DNA of 64,000 nucleotides from Botryllus schlosseri (GCA_051294905.1 CM119372.1:27902001-27966000); one strand, 5' to 3'; shown: positions 13,401 through 25,224, counted from the stretch's first letter. Made by a program: numbers and translations. The notes: a model not told the origin generated them from the sequence alone.

Positions 13401-16400
13401 AATCGTGACTCTACACTCTACAGGCCTACATATAAAGTAGATACATAGGCATACCTGGATTAGCTTTTGAGTAAGATCTTGTATTTAGTATTCAGTATAA
13501 CAGAGCTTTGGACCCAGCCTCATAACCAGTATAGTGTTCTAATTTCTGTCATGGAATATGAGTGTTTCGACATAATAGAATGTAACATTTTAGCATGTGG
13601 CATTTGAGAATGTGAATCAAGGCTAAGGTTAGGACTCCAGTTCACGCTTGGGTCAAGGTTATTTTTAGCTCTGTACAGTGTACAAAACCATGATATTATT
13701 TATGTTCACCTGCTCAACTGGTGTTTTTGCTGCATGCTCAACTGGTGCTTTATGCTGCATGCTAAAATCATGGTCAGCTATTCCATGTGACTTACCACGG
13801 AGTCCCATCGCTTTATTCTGAAGCTCTGTCATCGTATAATTGATGGCTTGCGGCACCAATCCAGGCTGAGAGTTTGCTCCTTGCTCGCCGGCCATTGTGT
13901 ACGATTTGCCAGACCCTGGATAACACAGGTACCGGTATCAAAAGGTAGATGAATCTTGAGAGTATCGCATTGGAATCAACCAAGTGCCTGTCAAATTAGT
14001 GATGTAAATGCGTACTAACAAGATGCTTTCTTCAGTTTTTAGGCATGGAAACACTGGATTCATATGTCATTGATATGTCACCATGCACCGCAAATAATTG
14101 TACTACAATGACACATGCTACATGTTTCGAATACACATCAGGGCTGTTCAGTTCAAAGATAAATTATTTTGTCAAATCTAATAGCTACTGTAGCCTACTT
14201 GATAAAATTCTAAAAAAGCTGCACATGCACACCAAATGAGCCTGTCGTTTTTTTTCTAATTTTTTGTAATAAATTCAAAATTTTTAAACTGCAATAGCTT
14301 CACTTCTACTGGTTTGAATTGCGTTAAAATTGGAGTACGGTACGTTTTTTCAGCCAACCCACCGTAACAATTTTATGAAATAACCACAAAAATTTGAAAA
14401 GAAGTTACCCTAGTGTGCTATGCAGTGTGTACTGCATGCAAGGCGCCAGTATCTTCAAGTACGGCACCCACAACTAGAATATATATTATTCCAGTTACAA
14501 AAAAAAAAATACTAATTCAATATGAATTGGACATGGATATAATAGCCGACAAAAATAGGTTGAGATTTGACTCAGGTCATCATTAATTAGGACAACACCC
14601 AATGACAAATGGAAGTAGGATGAACAGTAGGCTAGAAGGTTATTCGCAACCGCATTTCATCGAATAAGAAATATACATACCACTCTCGCCATAAACAATA
14701 ATACAAGTGTTGAAGCCAGCAAGAAACAAATCAACGAGTGGCTGAACGGCTTTGTTGAATACATCCTGATTAGTGGCGTCGGCTTTGTACAGCAGATGGA
14801 AACTGAAAAAATCAAATATAACAAAAAAATAGAAATAAAGTACATTTTGAAGAATAGGTTGACATATCACCAGATAATTTCTACAACATTCAAATTGCAG
14901 CCATGGAGGAGTGGGGAAAATTGAGAAGGATCAAGGAACATGTAATTCCACACAAGTGATCTTGTATCAAACATAATGACAGTCAAATCCGTCGAAAGTT
15001 CCAATTATTTTTCATAAAAGTTGCAGTAAAAAGCAGCATTTATTTTTCCAAAAAGTTGCACCAAAAAGTTGCATTTATAGACAAGTTCCTTGTAATTATT
15101 AGGGTTTAAGATCAGTGGCGTATCCAGGGAGGGGTTTTAGGGGGTCGGAACCCCCCCCCTTTTCAAAATCCTAAAAATTGATGTAAAATATAGCCTCTAA
15201 TATTTTCTAATTTATTAGTTTAACATATTCGTTTTTACGTATGAGAAGGCGAATATCCGTGTTAATGTTATTTAAGGGGACTAAAACCCCTACCAAATCT
15301 TGGAATCATGCGCCGGATTAGACGAAAGGATAAAATAGGTCATTATATTTCGCTAATTCCATACGAATTCTGCGCTTGTTCAGCAACATTTCAGCGGTAG
15401 TTGCTGACGTTCTCAACTTTCTTCCCTCGATTTCTCTCTCGCCTTGCTAAAACGAGACACGCATTTTCAAGAAATCTAATCTAATTGGCCGATGCGATGC
15501 GTAATTGCAAAGACGAAGTTGTCGGCAATCAACATCGCCCGCGAATTCGCTGCGCCTGCTCCCCTCGAAATCCTAATTACGAATTGCACGGCGTGTTGAT
15601 TGATCAGCGAGACACAGACACGGCGGCACCAGTACGACAATGCTATTCTCAAATCCACATTGTCTTCGCGATTATTGGCGAGAAATTGTTTACGATTGAC
15701 ATTCACAATTCGAAATACAAGCCTAGCAATCCACGTTAACGATTGTTAGGTGGCTTGCTGGCGTCCAAATACAGGCCTGTGTTGTCGCTGAACGGGAGAA
15801 TTGAGTAGGCCTAGTAGTAAAGTTAACCTAATTATATCGGCTGACAAGTTTCTCTGTCGATCAAGTTATTATCCCAGTGTGTACTCTGTATTAATTGACT
15901 GACTTGCGTATTTGCAATTAAAGTCTAATTACCTTCGCGCGTACTACACGCTCAGCCGTAAGGCTAGTAAAGCCATCGAAAAGCACACATTCGTGTACGA
16001 CGTACACTGTTCACACCACACCTCTCTGTGGCGATTGCGATCGCCCTCGTTTATGCTACCGCCTTATTCCGCGCTTGTTCGTCCGCTGCGATACTACCGA
16101 CCGTCAAAACCCAACAAAATCGCGCTTCTCTGGCCGGAACTAGGCGCTTGGAGACGGGCGGCGTTTGCTGGCTTGTGACTAAATGTGAGCAATTACGAAT
16201 TTCTTTCAATCATACCGTAAAAGAAACGCGATTTTCAGGCAATGTCTGTATCGTATTCGTACATCTCCCACTCACCGCAAATCTCTTTTTATTATTAAAC
16301 TATACAATATCGTAAATATTCGCCATGGCGCTGAGACGAGTAATTGTAATGATGACGTCATAATAGCCGATTTCGTAACGCAAACCCCCCCCCTTTTTTC

Positions 16401-19400
16401 GCGCTCTGGATACGCGCCTGTTTAAGATACTAGAATCGATCCATATCCAAGGCACTGTGGCAAAACTCAGTGTTTGTTACTTCAACAAAATCAATAGCCT
16501 GAAAAAATTGACTCAGCGAAAATATAATTTTCGGTGGTCCACCCTGAATGTACGTTAAATCAGAAAGGACCTCAAACTTAAACGACAGTGAAATAATAAA
16601 GCGATCTCTCTACATAATAGTGCCAAATATTTCCAGTGAAAAGTTAGTTGCATGAAAATTCCGAATAAGTTGCAAAAAGTTGCATGAAAAAATGGAGAAA
16701 AGTTGCAAAAAACTGCAGTACAACATTCCTCCAAACAGCTTAAAACACCATGCCGTACTACATAACTTCTGAGTAGTTAGGAAGCTGCCGAAAGTTGCAA
16801 AAACTCGCCCTAATAATGGCGTTCGTCACACAATAGGTGAGTAGTTTTGTAGCCCTAACCCAGGTCTCACAAATTTCTGACTTAATCAGAGATCAGAGAG
16901 CAGATTTACGTTATTTCTGAGTGAAACCATCAAAGCCAAAGGCAATATTTACAGATAGCGGTAGACACAATGATTCGAGTACCGTACTCGAATCTGAATC
17001 GAGTATTAATTCGCGTAGAGTATAGTGAGGGATGATTTTTGGAGTACAGAAATAAGCCGCTCCTTGCCAACAAAAGTTAACTCAGCAATGAGATCTATAG
17101 CTTTGATACTACATTTTAATGATAAAGGGTGTAAAACTTGATTGGTAATATCGCATTGCATGAAACATGAAATACAAAGCTTCTTACATTAGTGGAAATG
17201 ACATATCAGTGAAGTCTTGATCAACCCACAGCACTGTCACGAACGGCAATGAAATAGGTATGGTAAAAAAGGCACCAAATAATCTTAAATGCTATACAGA
17301 GCTGATATTATACAGGATGAAGCCTGATACTCGATTCGTAATCGGATCACTGAAATACTCGATATTTCCCAGCCCTTCTAAGAGAATATTAATTTAAAAT
17401 GGTGCATATTAGGTAGGCTTACCATATTTTGGAAATCTAAAAAGAGGACACTTTTTCAGAAATTTGAGACTTGCAAAACCGGGGAAGAATTCTCAAAAAC
17501 CGCTGAATTTTTCCCACTTTGTGATCGGTTGACTAAAAAAAAAAAAAAAAAAAGTCATCTTTCTGCCCAGAGCTAAATTCACCGTTTTTAACTCCGAAAT
17601 ACCCGCCGGAGCGTCACTTCTGTGCTTATTTACGGCATATCATTCGCAATTTGCTCTAAATCTGGCCTAAATTTTCAAAAAAGAGGACAACATCTCAAAA
17701 AAGAGGACAGAAGGGCATCCTCCGAGGACACTTTCAACAAAGTCAAAAAAGAGGACAAATCCCCTTAAAAGAGGACGTATGGTAACCCTAATATTAGGCA
17801 ATAACTCACACATAGGTATGACTGGCAGTACAAGCCACTTAAAGTTTTGAAAAATTGCTAGGTGAGAGGTCCCACCGAGATTTGAAGTCGGATCAGAGGA
17901 TTCAGAGAGAACGGTTCGAATCTCTGAGCAGACTATAATCTATATTTTCCAAATCAGTGTGAGAATTAGCTTATAAGATAACCATTGTGGCACAAAAATC
18001 GGCACTTCTTTGTTATTCCCCACACATCGAAAAAATGATCCCCATGACACCAATAAATGTTTCCCATGGACATAAACAGAAAAATTTATATACGTCAAAA
18101 TGAATTGTTTTTCGCGTTGGGGTGGGATAGATGGATATTAGGGATGGGGATATTAGGATGGGTTAGGATATCTTAAGATTAGGGTTGGGGATATTAGGGT
18201 CGGGAGATATTAGGGATGGGGAGGGGGATGTTAGGGTCAAGGTTGGGGTTAGGATATCCTAGGATTAGGGTTGGGGATATTAGGAATGGGGGAGGAGATA
18301 TTAGGGTTATGATATCCTAAGATAAGGGTTGGGGATATTAGGGTCAAGGATGGGGTTAGGATATCTTAAGATTAGGGTTGGGGGTGAAGATTACAATATT
18401 CCAAACCCTAATCTTGGGATACCCTGACCCCAAATTTAACCCTAATCTCGGCATATCCTACCGCAAACTTTACCTCAACCTACCCTAGCACCCTCACCCG
18501 CAACCCTAATCTTAGGATATCCTAACCCACCCTAATAACCCCCTCCGCAACCCTAATCTTAGGATATGCCAACCTTGACCCTAACCCACCCTAATACCAT
18601 ACACCCTTCCCCGACCCCAATATTCCCTTCCCACGACCCTAATATCTCCCACCCCGACCCTAATATTGCCTTCCCCGACCCTAATATCTCCCACCCGACC
18701 ATAATATTCCCCTAGCCCTAATCCCGGCGCGAAAAACAATTCATTTTGACGTTTATAACTTTTCACATGTTCATGGGAATCATTGATTGGTTTCATGGTG
18801 ATCACTTCTGGATGTGTAGGGAATAACGAAGAAGTGGCCAAAAATCAGCCAGATTAGAAACAGTGGATGTTTTCTGCAATAACTGAAAGGTTTTTTGCAT
18901 AGAATAATTATTAAACGGAAAATTATGTGTGGTGTTGCCACCCATTTCACTCTGGAAAATGAGCATTAGTTACTAAATAACCGCCAAAACCGTACCACGA
19001 TTTCAGAAGAGTATAAGCCAGGGGTCGCCAACTCAAAACGGGTCGCGGGCCACTTTTCAAATTTTGTAGCGGCCGCGGGCCGCATAAATTCTATATCGAT
19101 ATAAAGGGGGCAACCACGTTTTAAAACGCTGTTCTACCTAACATAGGCAATGGGTATAGTGACCACAAAAAAGTAATATTTTATTAAAGGAATAAAAATA
19201 CAACAAAGTACCACTGTCATCAGTTTCATTTTATTTTAAACTGCGAGCTGTGCACGATACCTAGAAACGCTTTTTGGGACTAGCGAGATACGTAACTAGC
19301 TGAAAGACCATCCCCACTTGAAGCTTAATCTTGTGGGAAAGCCCTATGCCAGTGGTTCTCAAACCTTTTTTGATACGCCCCCCTATATGATACTGAAAAA

Positions 19401-20087
19401 TGTCGCGCCCCCTTATCGTCATATCACAAAATGCATCCATAGTTTCATGGTATGTGAGGTTATGAATGTTGACGAGAGAATTCGATAATATAAATTCCGG
19501 ATTATACACAGAGCACTAGCTATAACTATGAATTAGAGGAAAATCGCGCCAAGCGCGAAAATTTTTTTAGTTGAACGCAGCACCACGGCCCTTCAGATGC
19601 TTTCACGACCCCATATGGGGGACGTACCCTCAGTTTTAGAACCACTTCCCTAAGCAGTTTTCTGGCGTCTCGGTATTGGAAATGTTTGGGCCATTGCACG
19701 TCAATTTCAGAATTTCAAAATGTTTTCTTAGCTTTCTTCCGAAATCTAAAATCATGTCGCGGGCCGCAAAATATGACCTGGCATGCGGCCCGCAGGACAC
19801 GTGTTGGTGACCCCTGGTATAAGCCATATATGACTAAAAAGATGTTTATGATACCGTAATGTGCAATCAACAGTCCAGTCAAAGCACCATTAAATCACAC
19901 AAAACGGTGCATAAAATAACGATAGAACTGATACTGAATGTTACGAATGAAAACAGTGCCAGTATACTCACTTATGCGATACGCCACCTTGCTTCGCGTG
20001 TACTCTAGTATTGTCAGTTATTAGCAAGCTTGTCTGCCCCTCCCCGGCCCTGGGTGGTCTGATTTTCCCCACAGAATCGATATTCAT
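1332..20087 (-). CDS. CCDC78: Kinesin-motor-like / CCDC78 (DUF4472)-like protein, 3'-partial, 11 exons, 471 aa in window. join(20087-19972,14802-14681,13915-13796,12996-12871,11759-11655,11218-11121,9725-9529,8620-8443,7800-7669,6309-6178,1418-1332)
   Basis: 1413 nt in one frame, all GT-AG. Kinesin-fold motifs: GKIRP; TNQDVFNKAVQPLVDLFLAGFNTCIIVYGESGSGKSYTM; EIYNEVITDL; GTYIKNLS; INYTDSKLTSLCEDILGGNCKT. These are followed by the coiled coil SEEEKLKVSKGLVELQLENNRLSEEYEAENFELKNK, which resembles the N-terminal DUF4472 region of CCDC78 (recalled similarity, not searched). Confidence 0.85.
1525..3208 (+). mobile_element. Non-autonomous hAT-like element (family B, copy 1)
   Basis: TIRs CAGTGCTTTTCAACCT; homologous inverted copy at 41489-49124; TSD not clear here. 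Confidence 0.85.
3666..4173. mobile_element. Foldback MITE, Kolobok-like
   Basis: About 210-bp near-perfect TIRs starting AGGGGCACTGCACTC; flanked by TTAA on both sides. Confidence 0.85.
6178..6309 (-). CDS. Kinesin-like/CCDC78 exon 10
   Basis: Coiled coil TQLRERNDRL...LVASEEEKLK. Confidence 0.88.
7669..7800 (-). CDS. Kinesin-like/CCDC78 exon 9
   Basis: DLVTQYRAKI neck-coil-like segment; ttctag acceptor and gtgagt donor. Confidence 0.82.
8443..8620 (-). CDS. Kinesin-like/CCDC78 exon 8
   Basis: DSKLTSLCEDILGGNCKTRVICCL...VRNYPILN. Confidence 0.9.
9529..9725 (-). CDS. Kinesin-like/CCDC78 exon 7
   Basis: SKFTVVRMPGMEK...RLREGPTLSKS...VINY (switch II, L11, alpha4 position). Confidence 0.88.
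10054..10825 (-). mobile_element. Penelope-like retroelement fragment: GIY-YIG endonuclease remnant with 3' pseudo-LTR and an inverted pseudo-LTR copy
   Basis: Minus strand ~10625-10265, frameshifted: SNVVYEYWCDCDFDYV(G)KTSKHLHERISQHVP...SAIGKHLLDNPAC...LESTFIK. The repeat at 10085-10230 is inverted at 10690-10825. Confidence 0.85.
10120..10153 (-). ncRNA. Degenerate minimal hammerhead motif (G12>A) downstream of the GIY-YIG remnant
   Basis: actc CTGACGA gtgtcagcc AAAA atat TC gggt. Confidence 0.55.
11121..11218 (-). CDS. Kinesin-like/CCDC78 exon 6
   Basis: WQSRNVTVADFGHVKNFSTVVFQMDL (switch I position). Confidence 0.82.
11655..11759 (-). CDS. Kinesin-like/CCDC78 exon 5
   Basis: ELEHSADEGTYIKNLS. 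Confidence 0.85.
12037..12416. mobile_element. hAT-like MITE
   Basis: TIR CAGTGGTTCCCAAC; TSD GTCTAATC. Confidence 0.9.
12871..12996 (-). CDS. Kinesin-like/CCDC78 exon 4
   Basis: YEIYNEVITDLM. Confidence 0.88.
13796..13915 (-). CDS. Kinesin-like/CCDC78 exon 3
   Basis: GSGKSYTMAG...PGLVPQAI (P-loop). Confidence 0.9.
14681..14802 (-). CDS. Kinesin-like/CCDC78 exon 2
   Basis: NQDVF...GFNTCIIVYGES. Confidence 0.9.
15113..16420 (+). mobile_element. Non-autonomous hAT-like element (family C, copy 1)
   Basis: TIR CAG..GCGTATCCAG; TSD TTTAAGAT; highly similar inverted copy at 40385-49341. Confidence 0.9.
17414..17790. mobile_element. hAT-like MITE
   Basis: TIR TAGG(G/C)TTACCATA; TSD ATATTAGG; related copy at 27884-28134 (TSD TGGTATGG). 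Confidence 0.88.
17867..17908 (-). pseudogene. 3' half of a tRNA-Gln(CTG)-like sequence
   Basis: Minus strand CTCTGAATCC-tct-GATCCGACTTCAAATCTCGGTGGGACCT matches the anticodon arm to 3' end of eukaryotic tRNA-Gln; the 5' half is absent. Confidence 0.7.
18001..18839. mobile_element. Foldback MITE with internal inverted TTAGGG-like minisatellite arms
   Basis: About 120-bp TIRs GGC(C)ACTTCTT.GTTATTCCC; flanking direct repeat (C)AAAAATC; G-rich arm 18120-18390, C-rich arm 18400-18725. Confidence 0.85.
19019..19816. mobile_element. hAT-like MITE containing a nested MITE (19350-19647)
   Basis: Outer TIR CAGGGGTC.CCAAC with TSD GTATAAGC; inner TIR CAGTGGTTCT with TSD CCCTA(T/A)GC. Confidence 0.88.
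19972..20087 (-). CDS. Kinesin-like/CCDC78 exon 1 (MNIDSVGKIRPPRAGEGQ...)
   Basis: Kinesin beta1 'IRP' motif; gtgagt donor. Confidence 0.8.
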
Positions 20088-20734
20088 CACAGCAAGTTGT
20101 TATTATGCTTTATGCGTATTTCAAATTTGCCGTGCTGCCGCGAGCGTGCTACCGTGTGGACCAGACAACTAAATTTTCACTTTTAGATATGAAATAAGTA
20201 AAATATTTATGTTCAATACTTCAAACAATACATTATCTCTGGCAAAATTAAAGAAAATATTGATGAAAGCTTTCCTTCGTTCATCTCCCAGCAACAATAA
20301 AGCACCGTTGACAAAATAAACCTAATCCATAGCGAGTTCATGGAAGCGTGTCAACATAATATTGGAACACCATAGACGGCATAGACTTAGTTTTAAATAT
20401 GGGGCCCATACATATCTCATTAGATGGAAGAGACATATAGCCATACGCTTTTATTCCGCAATGATTGCAGTGAATTTAAGATACATTTGGAAAAGATACC
20501 ATCATTTAGAATTCTAAAGTCGGAATCTAACCACAGCTTATTCGATTCAAATCAAAAATTCCTCTCGATTCGAATTTTTCAGCTATTTTATTGATCAAAA
20601 TTTACAATAGAATACAATGTTAGTCAATCGAATCGGAATTCAAAGCATTTTACAGGGTGGAAAGCATTAAACTGAATAAACGAAATAACAAACTAACCGT
20701 GGGTCCTAAATGAACTAAAGTTACAATACGGAAT

Positions 20735-21845
20735 TATTTGTTGGGGTGCTGCCTGCAAGAATACGATTGACCCATTGCAAAAACGTCAACATCGGATCAT
20801 CCGTATCATTGCTAAAGCCTCACGGGGGCCTGGATGTGCAACTGATAAATCGCTACTCAAAAGATTTGGTGTTGCTAAACATAGAAGATATGAGGAAGCC
20901 AGAAATTGCCAATAAGTTTATGTATCAGTTCCATTGCGGTCAATGTCCCTCAAATTTCAACGAATACTTCACCTAGCAGTCAAAAGCGCACAAGTACAGC
21001 CCACGAGCGTCAACGAAGAACAACTACCATATGATCAGGACGGAATACAAGAAAAAGCATTGCTCTATCAAGCAGGGTTGTAACCAAGTCACAAGGTTCC
21101 GAGTCACAAGTCAATCTCACTTTTATAGTTTTGACTCGAGTCAAAAGTCGAGTCATTTTCAATTCACCACCGAGTCAAGTCCGAGTCCAAGTCACGGAGT
21201 AGACTGTCGAGTTCGAGTCATAGTGTTTTGACTCGAGTCTGAGTCCAAGTCATTGTGTCGACTGTTCAGTTCCGAGGTGATGTCATGTGAAACCCACTTT
21301 TCAAAACGTTGCTCGGTTATATCGAATGCTTCATATTCATAATATACCAATTTTCCTCACTCTAACGGTTTCTGGTAGCATTTTCAAGTATCAGTACTGA
21401 CAGACGAAATAAAAATCGTGTAATAATTTTACTATTCTTCGAAATTACAATGAAATGCCTGTCTTGGTAGACCCAGTCTCGAGTCATATAACTTGGTCCG
21501 AGTCATGCGCAATGACTCGAGTACAAGTCGAGTCAATGCACAAAGTGACTCGAGTCGAGTCATTTTTCAATTTTGAGAAAATGACTCGAGTCTGACTCGA
21601 GTCGAGTCATGACTCGAGTCATTACAACCCTGCTATCAAGTAGGCTATATGCCGGACCCCAATTGTGGAATAGCATATCTCGCCGGCTATCCGACAGTCG
21701 TCGAGCATGTCCGCATTCAAGTCGAAATACAGGCAATTTCTTCTAAATGAATACTAGTCAGCCTTCAGGATTACCGGACTACGACCTAACATCTATCTCG
21801 CCTTTCGCCACATATGCCACCTCATTTTGTCGCTTGCGTCTTATA
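20735..21845 (+). mobile_element. CR1/L2-like LINE 3' fragment interrupted by a MITE
   Basis: FMYQFH...NFNEYF...SIK/YAGPQLWNSISPAIRQSSSMSAFKSKY-like ORF2 tail; uninterrupted copy at 28305-28850. Confidence 0.75.
21073..21632. mobile_element. hAT-like MITE rich in GACTCGAGTC
   Basis: TIR CAGGGTTGTAA; TSD CTATCAAG; other copies at 39708-40271 and, partially, 24397-24920 and 22557-22590. Confidence 0.9.
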
Positions 21846-22594
21846 TAAGCTATTTACGATAAATTACTAGGGATGGTGTGAACCTCTGAAAGGTTCAGGT
21901 TCGTGTGAACGCGAACCTTTTTGAAAGGTTCTGTGTGAATACGAACGTGAACCTCATGACGTCACGTGACGTCATATTGGTAGGCTAATTCCAACCCTAC
22001 ATTTCAGTGAAGTGATATATTAATGTACTATACGATATCTAATGACGACTCGGGCTTCATTATGCCACAATCCTGAAGTACATACTGACTTTTTAAAGGT
22101 CGCCAAATATATCAATTTGAGCAATCAAATGATATAATTATCCCATAAAATCAATATCTCCCGTCGCTTTGCCAACAATGTCGACGAACGCTTGCAAGGG
22201 AATATAAGCTTACGCCTTAAACGGTCTATAGGCCAGACCGGAATATGTAGGCTATTCGACGTTTTAGTACTGCGCTACATTGATATTGAATAGAATGTAA
22301 AAAGGGTTTCTATACTTGCTACCTATATCATCCCATTAACAATTAAGTTATACGGGAATGTCCAACACCCCAATCACACCGATTTTTTTATGATACAATA
22401 CACATATCAAATCAAGATGGTCTCCGTATACGCTTGCTAGATTTTTTACATTTGACAACGATGTATTCTGATATGAATTTCATTGATTGGTGGAATAAGC
22501 ATCATTCGCTGACTATACCTACATGTAGCGTATCTCGCTCTTGGTATTGTGTGATTCAGGGTTGTAACCAAGTCACAAGGCTCCGAGTCACTAG

Positions 22595-23935
22595 CAGAGG
22601 TGGTCAAAGTAGTCAAGAAAGCTACTCAAGTAGAAGTAGAAGTAGCGACGAAAAAATCTACTCAAGTACGAGTAGAAGTACTTCCTCCATAAGCAACCTA
22701 AAACTACTTGAAGTAGAAGTAGAATTTACTGACTTTAAAAGTACTCAAGTAAATAAGTAGTTGTGAAAACGATCCTATAATTCGTTCACATGGATTGTAA
22801 AAAGGTGCAAATTGAGCTATGTGAAAGGTGCCGAGCTTGATTCATATTGATGCATACCAGCAGGTATCCAATTTTCGATAGCATAAGCATTTGTCCACAT
22901 CATAGGATGAAAATGATAGTATTATGATGAAAATGCGATACCTAGGCTATCGTCTGTTTTCTCGAACAGCACGTTTTAGAAAATAGCATGGTATGGCGCC
23001 ATCCCCCATACTATAAGGTCCGTAGTTTAGTCGAAGAGCAATACGGAGAAGTTGTATAGGTTACGGTGTAAACACTTCGCGCGATTAGTAAACGTTAATA
23101 AAACTATGGAGGACCGTAAAAATGCTATATTTTGTAGCTTTTTTTTTTCGGAAAATAAGGGCATTACTACACTTGCTTTTATACTTCAACATGTATTTTA
23201 TCCAGTCGAAAGAACTGATATTAATTATAACTCAAAGTATATGATACTGGGAATTGAAAATAAAACATAAATATTACTTCTAAAAGCGGAACACGTTTTT
23301 CATGCCTTCAGTCCAGAAAGTTTTAAAGGCGGTATGCTAAAACAGCACTAAAACTAACAAAAAAGTCGGAGTCCACTTTCCCAGGTTAGGACGTGGCATG
23401 GACATGCTAGATTACGATATGACAAGTAAATGATAGATTGCAAAACATCAGTTTCAAACGATATTTTGAGTCATATATACTGTGATGAATTATTTCGTAT
23501 AGGCGAAGGGCGACAATGTGGTGTGAACGCAGCGATATCTAGTTCTAGATATCCCTGTGTGAACGTAATCACGCCAACCCGCTACCTAAATTATATTCAT
23601 CGATACTTTCGTGAAATCATACTGGTAACTCCGTATCCACTGCGCGCGAAGCGCGACGAAAATTCTGGGCTTTACTAAACTTTTATGAAAATTAAATGTT
23701 GATGCTTCGTGAAAACAGCCCCGAATTTCCTCAGGTTATCTTCCTGATTGGAAAATTGAACTACTTCTACTTGACAAACTGAAAATAGCGAAAAGTAAGT
23801 AAGTAGATCACAAAATATTACGAAGTAGAAGTAGAGGTAGCGAAAATCAGATCTACTTGAGTAAGTACCAGAAGTAGAAGAAAACTACTTGAGTACTTCG
23901 AAAAAGTAGAAGTACTTCGTTACTGACCACATCTG
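22595..23935 (+). mobile_element. hAT-like element with AGTAGA-rich subterminal repeats
   Basis: TIR CAGA.GTGGTCA; inverted homologue at 25813-27482. Confidence 0.8.
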
Positions 23936-25224
23936 GCCCCTGGATACGTCAATGCGTCAGAACTGTTGTTTTAGTCATCATCAAATTTGGTCATGCTAAT
24001 CAAATTTTGGTTGACCTTGCAATTGTACCTGATGTCATAAATAATTTCGAGAATTACCTCGTAGGCCACACCTAACCTTCTCGTGTGCCAAATTTGGCCT
24101 GCGTGCCACGGGCTGGTCGCACCTGATCTGTAGTGTTATTAATAACAGTGATTGGTGGTACATAAAAATTCTATTGAAAATTCTTTAAAAGCAAATGTTT
24201 TCATGATATAGAAGTTGGAGTCGGAGTCAAAGTCAGGGTCATTCTCATAAACTCCGACTCCGACTCCAGTCAGTATTTTCCCCACGACTCCGACTCCGAC
24301 TCCAGCTATTATAGTTTTCACGACTCCGACTCCATCAAGCGAAAATTACCCAGACTCCGACTCCACCCACTCCGACTTCACAGCCTTGGTTATAACCAGG
24401 GTTGCAACCAATTAAGTCACAAAGACCCCGACTCACAATCACAAGTCAATCTCACTTTTATAGTTTTGACTCGAGTCAAGTTGAGTCATTTTCAATTCAC
24501 CACCGAATCAAGTCCGAGTCCAAGTCAGCGATAGCAGATCGAGGGTCGAGTCCGATTCATGGCATTATGACTCGAGTCCGAGTCCAAGTCATTGTGTTGA
24601 CTACTCAATTTCCAGTTAAAGCGTCTTGTTAAATCAACTTTTTATAACTCTGTTTGGTGATAGGCCTATCTATCTAATGGTTCACATTTATTATATACTA
24701 TAATTTTCCTCACTTCTAGCAGTTTCCGGCCGCATTTCCAAGTACCAGTACCAATAGACGAAATCCCAATAGTGTGGTTATACTTTGCTATTCTTCGAAA
24801 TTACAATGCAAATGTGGGTCTTGGCCGTCTGAGTCTCGAGTCATATAACTTGGTTCGAGTCATGAGCATAGGTTCGTGTGCAAGTCGATGCAATACACAG
24901 ATTGACTCGAGTCGAGTAGCCTACCCAACAGAGTTGGATCTATTACATAAATTCAGTTCAATTACAAATACAATTACAATTACTCCCGTGCATGTTTCAA
25001 AATTACAATTACTCAATGCTAAAAATGTCAAATTACAATTACAATTACTGTTAAACATGTCATTAATTACAATTACAATTGTAATTACTGTTAAACAAAG
25101 AGGTGCTTTTTGGCAACCGCAGCGTCGTAATTGGCAACAATATGCTATTCGTATGTTTCATTCATGATACGTAAAATACCCTTTAATTAAAAAAACTCGA
25201 GCGTACTCGAACTATTCCTAATCA

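Noticed and set aside
13709..13795. In-frame extension of kinesin exon 3 to a downstream GT (KAPVEHAAKTPVEQ)
   Set aside because: It would end in phase 0 while exon 4 needs phase 1. The stretch is a small tandem duplication behind a perfect GTAAGT donor.
15476..16315. ORFs repeated at 40489-41362 as a duplicated gene
   Set aside because: They lie inside two copies of a non-autonomous transposon, differ by frameshifting indels, and show no recognisable domain.
18120..18725. Ancestral telomere-telomere fusion site, or a functional link to nearby PIF1
   Set aside because: The repeats are degenerate and enclosed by TIRs and a TSD. Proximity to PIF1 has no support beyond coincidence.
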